Virus record (IMG/VR): IMGVR_UViG_3300020193_000003
Length of the DNA stretch: 64,000 bases
Strand: one strand, 5' to 3'
Source: a virus
Below the pieces are notes generated by a model, which ran no database searches, was not told the origin of the DNA, and worked only from the letters and a program-made list of their open reading frames with translations. Below, in pieces: positions 36,601 through 45,296 of this stretch. The position numbers and the translations under genes are program-made. Position 1 is the first letter of the stretch. The number at the start of each line of letters is the position of its first letter.

Positions 36601-38855
36601 GCAATCAACTTGGCTTGCTTGTCCGCGGGGAGCATCATGAACGCCGCCGGACCGGCGGCGCCACCACGGCCGACGTAGGTGTTTCTGACATTTTGTTCGG
36701 CTGCTGCCAAATTGTTCCTCAGATTCACCGAGTTGAGGTCGCCACGATCTATAGCGTTGAATGCCTTATCGCCTAACATGTAGGCTCGGTACGCCCCCAG
36801 GTCGGCGAAACCGGTCCTCTCAAAGCCGTTGCTCGCGAACGCCCGCACGTTTTTCCCGAGACCCATCATCTCCGCACCCTTGACCAAGGTTCTGTCGTAA
36901 ACGAAAGTACCCGGGTCGTGGTACGACCTTCCCGCATCCTTCATGTTCTGGACATAGGCCACGTTGGCCGCGACCTCGGCTGGGGTCAGCCTCATGGTGG
37001 CGGCGTTACCCGTGTACCTTGACCTCGAGAACATAGCCGGGATGCCGCCGAACATGCTCCGGGGGGAATTACGCGCCCCGTAGACCGATGCCTGGTTCGT
37101 CAGGTCCTTGACCGTTCCGCCGCCGCCGCCCCTGCGCATCCTGTAGGCCGTCCTGCTTCCCTTGAACCCGCCGAACATCAGGCCGAGGGTGAAGAGCGTG
37201 CCGATGCCCGGTCCGAGACCGCCTCCGACCGTTCCGCTGGGTCCGCCTCCGGATCCGCCCATGCCGAGGAACCCCCCACCGCCCCCCAGTTTGAACGTTC
37301 CGATCCCCCTCACGAGTGACGCCATCCCGTTGATCAGTTTGGTGAGGATGTTCACGATCGAGGTGAGCACGGGCAGGGCCTCGGTGAAGGCGACCTTGAG
37401 CGCGGCGAACCAGTCGCCTATGGCGAAGATCAGCCTCTCGAGGGCGCTCCCCCAGGCCTTGAACTGCTCCTCGTTGTCCTCGGCGAGGTAGCCGAGCTGC
37501 TCGGCGTTCCTGCCGAAGATCCTGAATATGGCGAGCAGCGGACCCTTGAATGTCTCGGTGATTATCCGCGACCCCTCGCGGAACTTCTCAAGGGAGTTCT
37601 TGAACTGGTTGAACGACTTCATGAACGAGGCCGACGTCCTCTTGAACCACTGCGACGCTCCGAACAGCATCGGCAGGTACTTCCTGACGAGGGTGACGGA
37701 GAATTTCTCGAGCGCGTTGCCTATCGTCGTGATCGCCGGGAACAGCTTGTTCTTCCCGAAGAAGGTGAACTCCGGCGCCAGTCTCGCGAACATGTTGCGC
37801 ACGTTCTTGAACAGCCCGTCCAGCACCCTTCGCGCGTCGTTGAGGAACTGTTCTCCGAAGTCGGCCATGTCCGTCGCGAGGGCGACGGTTATCTGCTTGA
37901 ACTGCGCGACGAGTGTCCCCTTCATCGACCCGAACTCGCCGCTGACGCCCGCCTGCTGGGCGAGCTTGCCGCTCGCCATGGACGCCATGATGCTCGCCGC
38001 GTCCTTGCCCTTCGACTTCTTTATCGCCTCCGCGAACTCCTTGCTGACCCCCGACGCGGCCGTGCTCGCCTTGCCGGTGACCTTGCCCTCCTTCTGCAGT
38101 ATCGCGACGAAGTTCGCCATCGCCTGGAACGACTTGGCCTGGTCCTGCGACCTGGCGGTGAAGTCCATGGCGCCGGACAGCGCCTTGGTCTGCGCCCCGG
38201 TGACCCTGCCCTGCTGGGACATCGCCTTGTACGCCTGCGTCAGGTTCATGACGCCCATCGTCGCGAGGTTGGTGTCGGTGTACAGCCCCCTCATCGCGGC
38301 CGCCGCCGCCCCGGTCGCCGAGCCGTAGACGTTGGCGCCCTTGTACTGCCATGCCGAAGCCGCGGCGTTGAACTCCCTGAACGCCGCCACCGCAGTCGTC
38401 GCGGCCACGGCCACCGTGGCCAGCGCGGCTCCGACGGCTCCGAGGGCGAGGTTGTACCCCTTGGCCACTATCTTGCCGGCCTTGAACAACAGGTTGACCG
38501 ACGCGAGCGTCGCCGCCGTTATCACGAACTCGGCGGCGAGGGCGATCAATTGGAAGAAGAGCAGTCTCGCCGCCTTCTTGAAAAAACCCATCACCCTCGC
38601 GCCCGCGGTAAGGTTCTTCTGGAGTCTCTTGCCGGAGTTGTCCAGCGCCGAGAATCTCTTCCTCATCGCGGCCATCGGCTCGTCGGCTTCCCTGGCCGTC
38701 CTCGACATCCGCCTCGTCGATTCCCTGAACCTGTCGCCGGATTCGCTCGCGCGATCGGCCGCCTCGGAGAACGCCTGTATCTCGGCGAGGACCTGCGCCA
38801 TGTCGCGGCGGTTCGCCTCGAAATCTATGCGTATTGTGACTATTTCGTCGGGCAA
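33648..38855 (-). CDS. Tape measure protein with C-terminal LAS/M15-like peptidase domain
   Basis: 1735 aa, A/G/K-rich and helical, after the tail chaperone; C-terminal SDHAAGRAYDL...HLHV. Confidence 0.85.
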   Translation of the reverse strand: MPDEIVTIRIDFEANRRDMAQVLAEIQAFSEAADRASESGDRFRESTRRMSRTAREADEPMAAMRKRFSALDNSGKRLQKNLTAGARVMGFFKKAARLLFFQLIALAAEFVITAATLASVNLLFKAGKIVAKGYNLALGAVGAALATVAVAATTAVAAFREFNAAASAWQYKGANVYGSATGAAAAAMRGLYTDTNLATMGVMNLTQAYKAMSQQGRVTGAQTKALSGAMDFTARSQDQAKSFQAMANFVAILQKEGKVTGKASTAASGVSKEFAEAIKKSKGKDAASIMASMASGKLAQQAGVSGEFGSMKGTLVAQFKQITVALATDMADFGEQFLNDARRVLDGLFKNVRNMFARLAPEFTFFGKNKLFPAITTIGNALEKFSVTLVRKYLPMLFGASQWFKRTSASFMKSFNQFKNSLEKFREGSRIITETFKGPLLAIFRIFGRNAEQLGYLAEDNEEQFKAWGSALERLIFAIGDWFAALKVAFTEALPVLTSIVNILTKLINGMASLVRGIGTFKLGGGGGFLGMGGSGGGPSGTVGGGLGPGIGTLFTLGLMFGGFKGSRTAYRMRRGGGGGTVKDLTNQASVYGARNSPRSMFGGIPAMFSRSRYTGNAATMRLTPAEVAANVAYVQNMKDAGRSYHDPGTFVYDRTLVKGAEMMGLGKNVRAFASNGFERTGFADLGAYRAYMLGDKAFNAIDRGDLNSVNLRNNLAAAEQNVRNTYVGRGGAAGPAAFMMLPADKQAKLIAAAQAPVVEQHMKMRNAQRDLMYGKGTLREFLRGGTIQGSFDGVSTGPVTRESIFKTLSGKRMGADLEQARLAAGAAGMGLGDLAPFQATALQTARLTAFNEMLEKDRQGAGKWVDKETGKIRDDGGKSKRAAERAFARQQFKGRTGAMFKGLGESAQASMRKTFNPMMGLMGGMLLSTGVTEKIGDKDMRSAANNALGIGAMFGARGMGIAAGLTLMKSTSTGKSMMGGALAGAAVGKTISDTLGPVFGLSGPVAKAAIIGGSALIGGIVGYFRAQGNREREAKKIGAGIGERMSGQIVAAMVGARVDPKTGRLVQATGGSSFQRGISQIDKQQKMISEMGIGTLVAGNREIANMPTSTLPSELLAMDMALNASRSTILKGMRNTGVMKKSEYKKMKEYLKQAEGGDTKAMKSFDAMVAGFQEENLGFRINEAGERVANTRIRRAEDFFARGTEGGTRGKSARGELFLPEEGLGRFEVADIMMKRGNFVVRHLAKMTGKTEQEIMALGSKMDVDLGDPTKSLTEQIGALGLVTRKTVDEMKVAIRDIGTASLNVFDESIKRRAEVQAFTASKERLMGLGGTATMDDFRDYARLLVSSTQADNPDNLFAVLSATRDFAQGNLGAFGKMDAGLLGSFANEGQAEAQTAYETQLSQISGLGMQQILGGMAEQGFVFKNLGAADRLKGIITQIFGDEKFGDQEKTNLLNFISTGQLLDKGGNLNLDKLSKVGPAGKALVAAIMKPTGLGVGADRLDEGIFATETSKVYEVAGDVGLVWNQNAKKFAEEIGNAITTAFDNKPEIWEGEAPKWWGDMKNYTWQATGNTLKLVEGDTRSPRRGRVGDTPTSRALRGTMAAHAKFNSLLTGKRTVTSALRFDNLWSMSSDHAAGRAYDLTGDNLGQYQKMISNAGGFAEFHGWAGSRHLHVVPPIGNTRTPRSSLVAGTAGTMNQNVTLNVYGAPGQSETAIARQVVAALEQQQRAYRERT

Positions 38856-38885
38856 GATCGGCTCCCAGCAATCGGGCTTCCCGGA

Positions 38886-39089
38886 CTAGCCAGAGTTATC
38901 CGCTTCTTTTCGTTCCCTCTCGCGGTCCGCAGATATAACTTTAGCACAGGCGTATCTGACCAGCCACTCGTGCAGCGAGGAGTCAAGCAACCTGACGGGG
39001 TCCGTACCCCATAGCTCCCCTAATCGAGCGGCGGCTACGACGCGGTTGTCTTCCGACAACTCCTCGATTAGTTCTTCGTAGGGTTTTCC
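38886..39089 (-). CDS. -1 frameshift extension of tail assembly chaperone (gpGT-like)
   Basis: G GAA AAC at 39089-39083 just before the chaperone stop. The -1 frame is open with no ATG: KPYEELIEELSEDNRVVAAARLGELWGTDPVRLL...NSG*. Confidence 0.8.
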   Translation of the reverse strand, partial: GKPYEELIEELSEDNRVVAAARLGELWGTDPVRLLDSSLHEWLVRYACAKVISADRERERKEADNSG

Positions 39090-39562
39090 GTTGACTCAGC
39101 CTGGATCGTGTCGCCGAAACCGCAGGCGTCGATTATCGCCAGCGCGGCGGCCTCGACGTGCGCGTCGATGCCGAAGAATTTCTGCACGCAGTCCGGGATC
39201 GCCTTGTCGGTGCCCGTCATCTCCAGGATCGGCTTGGATGCGAACCCGACCGGCCACGAGTCGTCGAGGACCTCCTCGCCCTGCAGGAAGACGCCCTTGG
39301 TCGAGTGGGCGACGACGGTGCAGGCGAACTTGGTCGCGTCGAGACCCTTCTGTGTCTCGCTGCCGCACTGCTTCTGCCAGTTGCGGATCTGGGCTTGCGT
39401 GAGGTTCGGGCTGACGAGCAGCTTGACGCCGGGTCGCTCGGGGACCTCGATGTACACCCTCGGTCTCTCCACCTTCTTGGCAATGACGGCCTTCAGCTGG
39501 TCGAGCAGGGTTGGTTCTTGAGCGTTTGTTGGTTGCATGTTTGCTGGTGTGATTTCGTCCAT
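39068..39562 (-). CDS. Tail assembly chaperone (gpG-like)
   Basis: Between tube and tape measure genes; ends ENPTKN with the slippery site. Confidence 0.8.
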   Translation of the reverse strand: MDEITPANMQPTNAQEPTLLDQLKAVIAKKVERPRVYIEVPERPGVKLLVSPNLTQAQIRNWQKQCGSETQKGLDATKFACTVVAHSTKGVFLQGEEVLDDSWPVGFASKPILEMTGTDKAIPDCVQKFFGIDAHVEAAALAIIDACGFGDTIQAESTENPTKN

Positions 39563-39568
39563 GTTGGA

Positions 39569-39577
39569 AACCTAGCA
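39569..39577 (-). promoter_or_regulatory. Extended -10 (TGC-TAGGTT) 6 nt upstream of ATG 39562; leaderless-type promoter
   Basis: Minus strand tgtgcTAGGTTtccaacATG. Confidence 0.5.
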
Positions 39578-39596
39578 CATCGGATCCGTTGGCGGC

Positions 39597-39624
39597 GCAA
39601 CCCCCCGACGATTTACGGGGCTGC
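39597..39624 (-). terminator. Hairpin downstream of the tail tube gene
   Basis: Minus strand GCAGCCCC-N12-GGGGTTGC stem; no U-tract. Confidence 0.35.
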
Positions 39625-39657
39625 TTTATTATCTAGGGTAATTGGACTGCGGAACGC

Positions 39658-40104
39658 CTACGCCTGGATGTTCAGCGGAACGGGTCCGCCCTGGATGGAG
39701 AAGGTCATGGCGTAGGTGGCCGGTGCCCCCGACGACGCGTCGCCGTCCGGCTCGGTGAGCCCGACGAGAAGGGCGTTGTTGTACTGCCTGTCGGCCTTCT
39801 GATCCTCGATGTCGCAGTTGACCTTGTGGATGTAGATGTTGTAGAAGATCCTGCCTATGTGCTGGCGGGCGACGTTCAGGTGCACCCTGTCCGCGTCGTC
39901 GTAGTGCCTGGTCAGCGTGATGTCCCCGACCTCGGATGGGGCGCAGAGGAGTTCCGGGAACTTGCCCCCGCCCACGTAGATCTTCTCCACGGCGGCCGTG
40001 ATCTCCCCGCCGGACACCTGGGCAAAGAAGTTCTGGAAGGCGGGGGCGATCGCTCCGACCGGCTCAAGCTTCGCCAGTATCTGTCGCTGCGTGTATTTTG
40101 CCAT
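39658..40104 (-). CDS. Tail tube protein
   Basis: FAQVSGGEI, GDITLTR, EPDGDASS; follows the sheath gene. Confidence 0.8.
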   Translation of the reverse strand: MAKYTQRQILAKLEPVGAIAPAFQNFFAQVSGGEITAAVEKIYVGGGKFPELLCAPSEVGDITLTRHYDDADRVHLNVARQHIGRIFYNIYIHKVNCDIEDQKADRQYNNALLVGLTEPDGDASSGAPATYAMTFSIQGGPVPLNIQA

Positions 40105-40119
40105 GGTTTAGTCCTCCGA

Positions 40120-41580
40120 CTAGGCTAGTGATGACGTGATGTTGGACTTGGAAATCTCGACCTCGATCGTCTCACCGATGGACGAGATCCTGACTCCGAC
40201 CCTCGCCTTGACCGTCCCGGTGGCGAGTTGAGTGACTGGGTTCAGCTGCGCGTTGACCGTGACCTTGTAGCCCGGGTCCAGCTGCTTGCCTGAGGCCAGG
40301 AACTTGGGGAACAGCGCGCCCGCCGTCGCCAGCGGGTCGAGGATGCCGTAGAGCACCGATTCCACCTCGGCGAACAACGATCCGCGGCCGTCGATGACGT
40401 TGAACACGAGTCGCTCCAGTCTCTCCTCGGCCTGCGAGGTGATGTAGTTCAGTATCTCCCTGGCCGTGATGAACCTGAAGTTTTCCGTGTCCGAGGATGC
40501 AGACCTCGCTCCGTAGATCCTGACGTCTCCGTTGATGACCCTGATCGGGTTCACGAAACCGTCGTTGAGCGTGTTGGATTCCGCCCCGGTGACCGTGTGG
40601 TACGTCCCGAGGGCGAAGGATGAGTTGGTCAGCGATCCGGCGTACGCCGTCCACGGGCCGAGCTCGTTGTGCAGCTTCGCCCTCTTCGCGGCGACGAAAC
40701 CCTCGCACGGGACGGAGAGGACGAGGCCGTTCCTCGTGATCTTGACCCACGGGTAGTACCAGGCGGCGTACTCGGCGCCCTCGTACTCGCTGTGATCGGC
40801 CGCTTCCTGCACCGATTCCGCAACGGTGTTCTCCCTGTCGAATCCGAGCAGGGCGACCCTGTGGGTGTCCACGGCGTGGTCGGTTAGCCCCTCCCAGATG
40901 GTCGTGCCATACAGACCGGGCAGGCAGACCGATCCGGTGCCGAGCGTGTTGGTGAATGCACCGAGCGCCGTCACGTATTGCGCCGAGGTTGGCGCACTAC
41001 CCGCGGCACCGCCCGAGAACGACACGCCGGCCGCCACGGCTGGAATTCCCGCCCCAGCGCCGACAGTCGCCGTCACGTAAAGCGAGGCCACAGCGCTGTT
41101 GTTGATCTCCTCGACCGCGTCTTCCTTGTTTGTCAGCACGGGGGTCGAATAGACGACCACGTCGTCAAGCAGGATCCTGACCCTGAAAGTCTGGCTGGCT
41201 GTCGGTTGCGTCACCTCGGCCTCGAGCTGGGTGTTGGCCCAGGTTCCCTCGCCCGATGCGGTGAGGGTAAGGACGGTTGCGGGCGTTGCGGCGGAGTTGT
41301 TCAAACTTGCCGTCGCGGCTGTCGCGCCTGTCCCGATTGCCCTAGAGACGTAGGCCCTTGAGCCACCCTCCTCGAAGAAGGTCTGGAGCGTCTGGTGGAC
41401 GTATCCACTAGATGTGTAGCCCCCGTAGATGTCCTCAAATTGATCGAGGCTCTGAACCAAGAACGCGGATCCCTCTGGTCCGCGGGTTGTCACACCGGCG
41501 ACGAAGAGCGTTGAAGTTGGCGAGACTGTCAGCGTTGACGGACCACTGACTACCGATGTCGTTAGGATTACTCCAGGCAT
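40120..41580 (-). CDS. Tail sheath protein
   Basis: MPGV, G.TTRGP, FFEEGG..AYV.R, YYPWV, VNPIR, YGAR, LVF. Confidence 0.92.
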   Translation of the reverse strand: MPGVILTTSVVSGPSTLTVSPTSTLFVAGVTTRGPEGSAFLVQSLDQFEDIYGGYTSSGYVHQTLQTFFEEGGSRAYVSRAIGTGATAATASLNNSAATPATVLTLTASGEGTWANTQLEAEVTQPTASQTFRVRILLDDVVVYSTPVLTNKEDAVEEINNSAVASLYVTATVGAGAGIPAVAAGVSFSGGAAGSAPTSAQYVTALGAFTNTLGTGSVCLPGLYGTTIWEGLTDHAVDTHRVALLGFDRENTVAESVQEAADHSEYEGAEYAAWYYPWVKITRNGLVLSVPCEGFVAAKRAKLHNELGPWTAYAGSLTNSSFALGTYHTVTGAESNTLNDGFVNPIRVINGDVRIYGARSASSDTENFRFITAREILNYITSQAEERLERLVFNVIDGRGSLFAEVESVLYGILDPLATAGALFPKFLASGKQLDPGYKVTVNAQLNPVTQLATGTVKARVGVRISSIGETIEVEISKSNITSSLA

Positions 41581-41659
41581 TTACGGTCCTCCGATGCGGG
41601 GGTTTTGTTCACTACGAATAATAGCATTCAGACTGCTTTATAGGTTACACGTTTTGAAA

Positions 41660-42109
41660 TTAGCCATTTTTGTCGTCGCTGGACGCCGCTGGCCGAATCG
41701 CATCCGACGGGGAACCGGTGCCGATGTCTGAAGAGGTTGATTTATCCGGTGCCTCGCTGGCTGCGTCTGCCTCCCGCGGCCACCCCACTGCTGGCCGCTC
41801 GTCAGAAACGACGGGGGCAGCAGGGGCCTCTTCCGAGGGCTTGGATTTTGGGGCAGCCTTCTTCTTGGGCGTCTTGTCTCCGCCCTCGCCCGCTTGTGCG
41901 CCGTTCAATTCCAGGAGGGAACCCCTAGAGATGGCCTTTTTGACCGAGCGACACGATCCGACGACGTATGCCCTATCCCCGGGCAACAGCCAGTCGCCAT
42001 CGTCGCTGGCGAGCACCGCCGTGGAGGTGCAGTTGCTCACCAGCACGTGGCCTGGTTCGGCGAGGGGGTTGTCCCCGCTCGCATCGTTCAGCAAGATGAA
42101 TTTTTTCAT
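41660..42109 (-). CDS. Hypothetical protein with disordered C-terminus
   Basis: Operon position between tail terminator and sheath. Confidence 0.6.
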   Translation of the reverse strand: MKKFILLNDASGDNPLAEPGHVLVSNCTSTAVLASDDGDWLLPGDRAYVVGSCRSVKKAISRGSLLELNGAQAGEGGDKTPKKKAAPKSKPSEEAPAAPVVSDERPAVGWPREADAASEAPDKSTSSDIGTGSPSDAIRPAASSDDKNG

Positions 42110-42730
42110 TTAGTCCTCCGGGTCTGGGATTCCGTCCTCTAATTTTACACTGTCAACACCCAAGTCAAACTGTTCGAAGTCTGCGATCTTCTCCCGGACT
42201 ATTGGCTCCTCTATTTTCAGCTCGTAACCGACATAGGCTCCGGCAAGGTAACGGTCACCCTTCAACAGCGTCAGTTCTGAGTACTCCTCGCTGATCGTCG
42301 ACTCGTCTATCATCGCCTGCCTCTCCGGATTCCTCCTTTTCAGGCACGGGTAATCCATCAGCGCCGATCTGACGACGACTATCAGCCTGTCCCTCATCGT
42401 CGTCACGGATTTCTCCCCCTCCGTGCGCGCCCACACGTAGGTCCTCATGTTGTAGGACACCTCGTACTCCGGGTCTCCGTGTCTCATGTGACCGACCCTC
42501 GTGAATCCGCGGCCGGACAACGAGACGGTGATTATCGTCGGCCAGGCGTCCATCGTCGCTGGTTCGTAGTCCAGGTACTCGGCTGGGTCTGGCATCTCGT
42601 CGTTGGAGGCCGCCCAGTAGTTCCTGTACTTGATGAGTCTCCTCGGAATATCCAGTTTCAGGTAGTCGTTGACGAACTGTTTTGCGAACTGTGGTCCGTA
42701 CATCGCCTCGAAAGCGAGTGCCTCCGTCAT
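42110..42730 (-). CDS. Tail terminator/completion-like protein
   Basis: Position; WPTII.V, Y.MRTYVW.R. Confidence 0.6.
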   Translation of the reverse strand: MTEALAFEAMYGPQFAKQFVNDYLKLDIPRRLIKYRNYWAASNDEMPDPAEYLDYEPATMDAWPTIITVSLSGRGFTRVGHMRHGDPEYEVSYNMRTYVWARTEGEKSVTTMRDRLIVVVRSALMDYPCLKRRNPERQAMIDESTISEEYSELTLLKGDRYLAGAYVGYELKIEEPIVREKIADFEQFDLGVDSVKLEDGIPDPED

Positions 42731-43443
42731 CTCAGCTCCAGCCCGCTCACGCCGTGATTGGCGGCGTACTTGGCGAACACGCTTCCGACCGCCTTCGCGA
42801 AGCCGGGCCGCTCAAAGACCAGCCTTCGCATCGGCATCTTCGTCGTTCCGTACTGGTGCCACGTGGAATATCTGACCTTGTTGCCGAACTCGACGGAGTC
42901 GTCCGTTATCTTGTCCGTGCTCAGCCCTATCGTCAGGCTCTCGAAGAGCTGACCCGTCGCCTGCATTGTGGGCTTGCCTGGGTATCTCAGCACCTTCCAC
43001 GCACCGTAGGCCGGGCTCAGTGGCGCCCAGCCACCAGAGGGGAGACCGTTGCTCAGGAAGTTCTCGGCGAACATCAGCGCCACCTGCGGCTTTATGATCG
43101 TGATCGTGGGCGGAACGCACACCTGCGCGCGCCCGTACATCTTGGCCATCATGGTGTAGACGCCTACGAAGTGCGTGAGCGTCGGGTTGGAGCTGTTGGT
43201 GCGATCGTCGCCCATCTTGTGGATTCTCTTCTCGAGGGTCCTTATTGACCTGACCGTCCTCGCATAGCTCTTGTGATTCACCTTGACGTCTATGCCGAGG
43301 CTGACCCCCCTGCCCCTGACCCCGGAGGTCCGGACGAAGTCGCGGCCAGTCGTGTCGATCGGGGCGGCCTCCCTCACCTTGTCCCCGGTGCTCTTGCGAG
43401 TCCTCTTTATTTGCTTCCTCCGCGGAAACAATTCGTCGACCAT
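42727..43443 (-). CDS. Virion morphogenesis/neck (tail completion S-like) protein
   Basis: WAPLSPAY, TGQL..S, G..V.Y..WHQYGT.KMP.R. Confidence 0.78.
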   Translation of the reverse strand: MVDELFPRRKQIKRTRKSTGDKVREAAPIDTTGRDFVRTSGVRGRGVSLGIDVKVNHKSYARTVRSIRTLEKRIHKMGDDRTNSSNPTLTHFVGVYTMMAKMYGRAQVCVPPTITIIKPQVALMFAENFLSNGLPSGGWAPLSPAYGAWKVLRYPGKPTMQATGQLFESLTIGLSTDKITDDSVEFGNKVRYSTWHQYGTTKMPMRRLVFERPGFAKAVGSVFAKYAANHGVSGLELR

Positions 43444-44306
43444 TACTTGGCGATCCTCCTGCGCCTGAAGATCTTGAGCGCCAGCAGTTCCTTCTCGAGG
43501 AATCCGGTCTCAAGGGTTGACACCCCGCGCGTCGTCAGGTCCTTCACGCCCACGGTGTCGTCGTGCATGTTCTGCATCTCCCTCGTCGCCGCCCTCAGGA
43601 TCATGAGCTTCAGGACCTTGAGCTGCGACCCGTCGAGACCGCCCGAGTACTCGACCGTGAGCACGTCGTTCGGGAAGGCGGCGTACACCTCGAGACCCCA
43701 CGGTAGGACCTTGTAGTCGGAGCCGGTCGCCTCGACCGACCCGCCGCTGGCGTAGGTCTGCCCGGCGACGTCGTGCTCGACGGTGAACGTCGTGTCGGTG
43801 ACGGAGAGTATCTGCTTGTTCTGCAGGTTGAAATTGCTCGGGCTCGCCCCGTAAATCCTGAGGTACTGGCCGACCACGAAGTCGTTGTCCGCAGTGTAGA
43901 CGACGTTCGCCCCGCTGACCGATGCACCGGTGACCGTTGCGTCCCTGCGCATCGCCTCGGCCAGGTTCCTGGGTGGCATCGACGAGCTGCGGATGCTGAC
44001 GCGCGTCACCGCGGCGACGGGGGAGTTGCGGAGGGCGATCATTATCGGACCCCTGATCACGTGACGGATCGGATCGTTCGTCGTGTCAAGACTCCTGTCG
44101 TACATGTACCCGGACTCGCTCGGAACGCCGAACTCGTACGACGAGGTGACGTGGTCCTCCACGAATTCGTCCACGGACACAGGGCGACCTAGGTATGCCT
44201 CAAGCTCGCCCTGCAGGCCCTCGAGGATCATCTCCGCGGCGTCCGTCTGCCTGTTCGTCAGGCTGATGTCCATGAAGGTTTTCAATTCGGCGACCGTTAC
44301 GATCAT
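43443..44306 (-). CDS. Head-to-tail adaptor with inserted beta-domain
   Basis: VTVAELK.FM...LE.YLGRP...VEYSGG...L..FRRRR. Confidence 0.75.
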   Translation of the reverse strand: MIVTVAELKTFMDISLTNRQTDAAEMILEGLQGELEAYLGRPVSVDEFVEDHVTSSYEFGVPSESGYMYDRSLDTTNDPIRHVIRGPIMIALRNSPVAAVTRVSIRSSSMPPRNLAEAMRRDATVTGASVSGANVVYTADNDFVVGQYLRIYGASPSNFNLQNKQILSVTDTTFTVEHDVAGQTYASGGSVEATGSDYKVLPWGLEVYAAFPNDVLTVEYSGGLDGSQLKVLKLMILRAATREMQNMHDDTVGVKDLTTRGVSTLETGFLEKELLALKIFRRRRIAK

Positions 44307-44315
44307 GTCCGTTTT

Positions 44316-44672
44316 TTACTCCCTGGCGTCGCCGCCCCGTCTCCTTCGGTTCCTGAAACCGGCGTTGCGCAATGCTTCGGCGAGTCTGTTCGTGACGGCC
44401 CTGATCGCCCTTCGTATCAGTCCAGGGCGGGCGGTTTGTTCAGCCGGGGTCGTCGCCGGCGGGATCGAAGCCTCCACCGCCCTGTTGATTGCCGAGGTCG
44501 TCGTTTCGTTTTCCCTGATTGGGGGCAACGCTACCGGTGGAAGCGTGGACGGAAGAATGGCTCCCTGCTCCCGCAGCGTGGCCAGCACTCGCCTTAGCTC
44601 CGCCGCGAGCTTCGCTTGAGCCATCGGTGACGAAGGGCTGAGCTCGACAGCCATGGTTTTCTTAGGGGGCAT
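44316..44672 (-). CDS. Hypothetical basic protein
   Basis: GGAGAG SD upstream; Arg-rich C-terminus. Confidence 0.6.
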   Translation of the reverse strand: MPPKKTMAVELSPSSPMAQAKLAAELRRVLATLREQGAILPSTLPPVALPPIRENETTTSAINRAVEASIPPATTPAEQTARPGLIRRAIRAVTNRLAEALRNAGFRNRRRRGGDARE

Positions 44673-44735
44673 TGCGCTCTCCAGTTGTTGGGTTACGCAA
44701 ATTTTACAACAAGAAAGACCTCTCGGTCGGAACGG

Positions 44736-45296
44736 CTACCTGTCGGGGTTCGGTGGCCTCTCGAACTGGGGCCTCTCGTCGTGACTCGCCTCTATTGGGA
44801 TCCACGCCTTGGAGTACGAGTGCTCGGCGACCTTCCTCATTTTGACCAGCGACCCGTCCAGCAGGACCTGGAACTCGTCGGTGGTCATACCGAGGGTCAG
44901 CATCAGGGATTCCCTGCTGTGGGCGCCCGACTTGATTATGGTCCTGACCACGTGCGAGAGTCTTGCGTTCATGACCTGGCCCCTCGCCCTGTTCAGGGTG
45001 ACGTGCATGATCATTGCCTCGGTCTCGGACAGGTTCGGGAAAACGACGACGGGGACGAAGCGACCCTCGATCATGAGTTGCGGCGTCGCACTTGCGAGCG
45101 CGAGCCTCTCGTGACCGTCGACCACCAGAAGCCCCCCGTCCTCGGCCTTGCCGCATGCGACAATCGGGAAGATCCACCCGTACCTGTGCAGCGAAGTGGC
45201 CAGCAGGCTCAAATCGGGTTTGACTATGTAGGTGGCGCGCCACGGGGCGCTCCTCAGGACGCTCGGTTCCAGCTTCTCGTACCGACCCTCACTCAT
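44736..45296 (-). CDS. ParB/Srx-like nuclease-domain protein (IbrB-like)
   Basis: SL.RYGWIFPIV, VVDGHER, HVTLNRARG, YSKAW.P. Confidence 0.8.
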   Translation of the reverse strand: MSEGRYEKLEPSVLRSAPWRATYIVKPDLSLLATSLHRYGWIFPIVACGKAEDGGLLVVDGHERLALASATPQLMIEGRFVPVVVFPNLSETEAMIMHVTLNRARGQVMNARLSHVVRTIIKSGAHSRESLMLTLGMTTDEFQVLLDGSLVKMRKVAEHSYSKAWIPIEASHDERPQFERPPNPDR

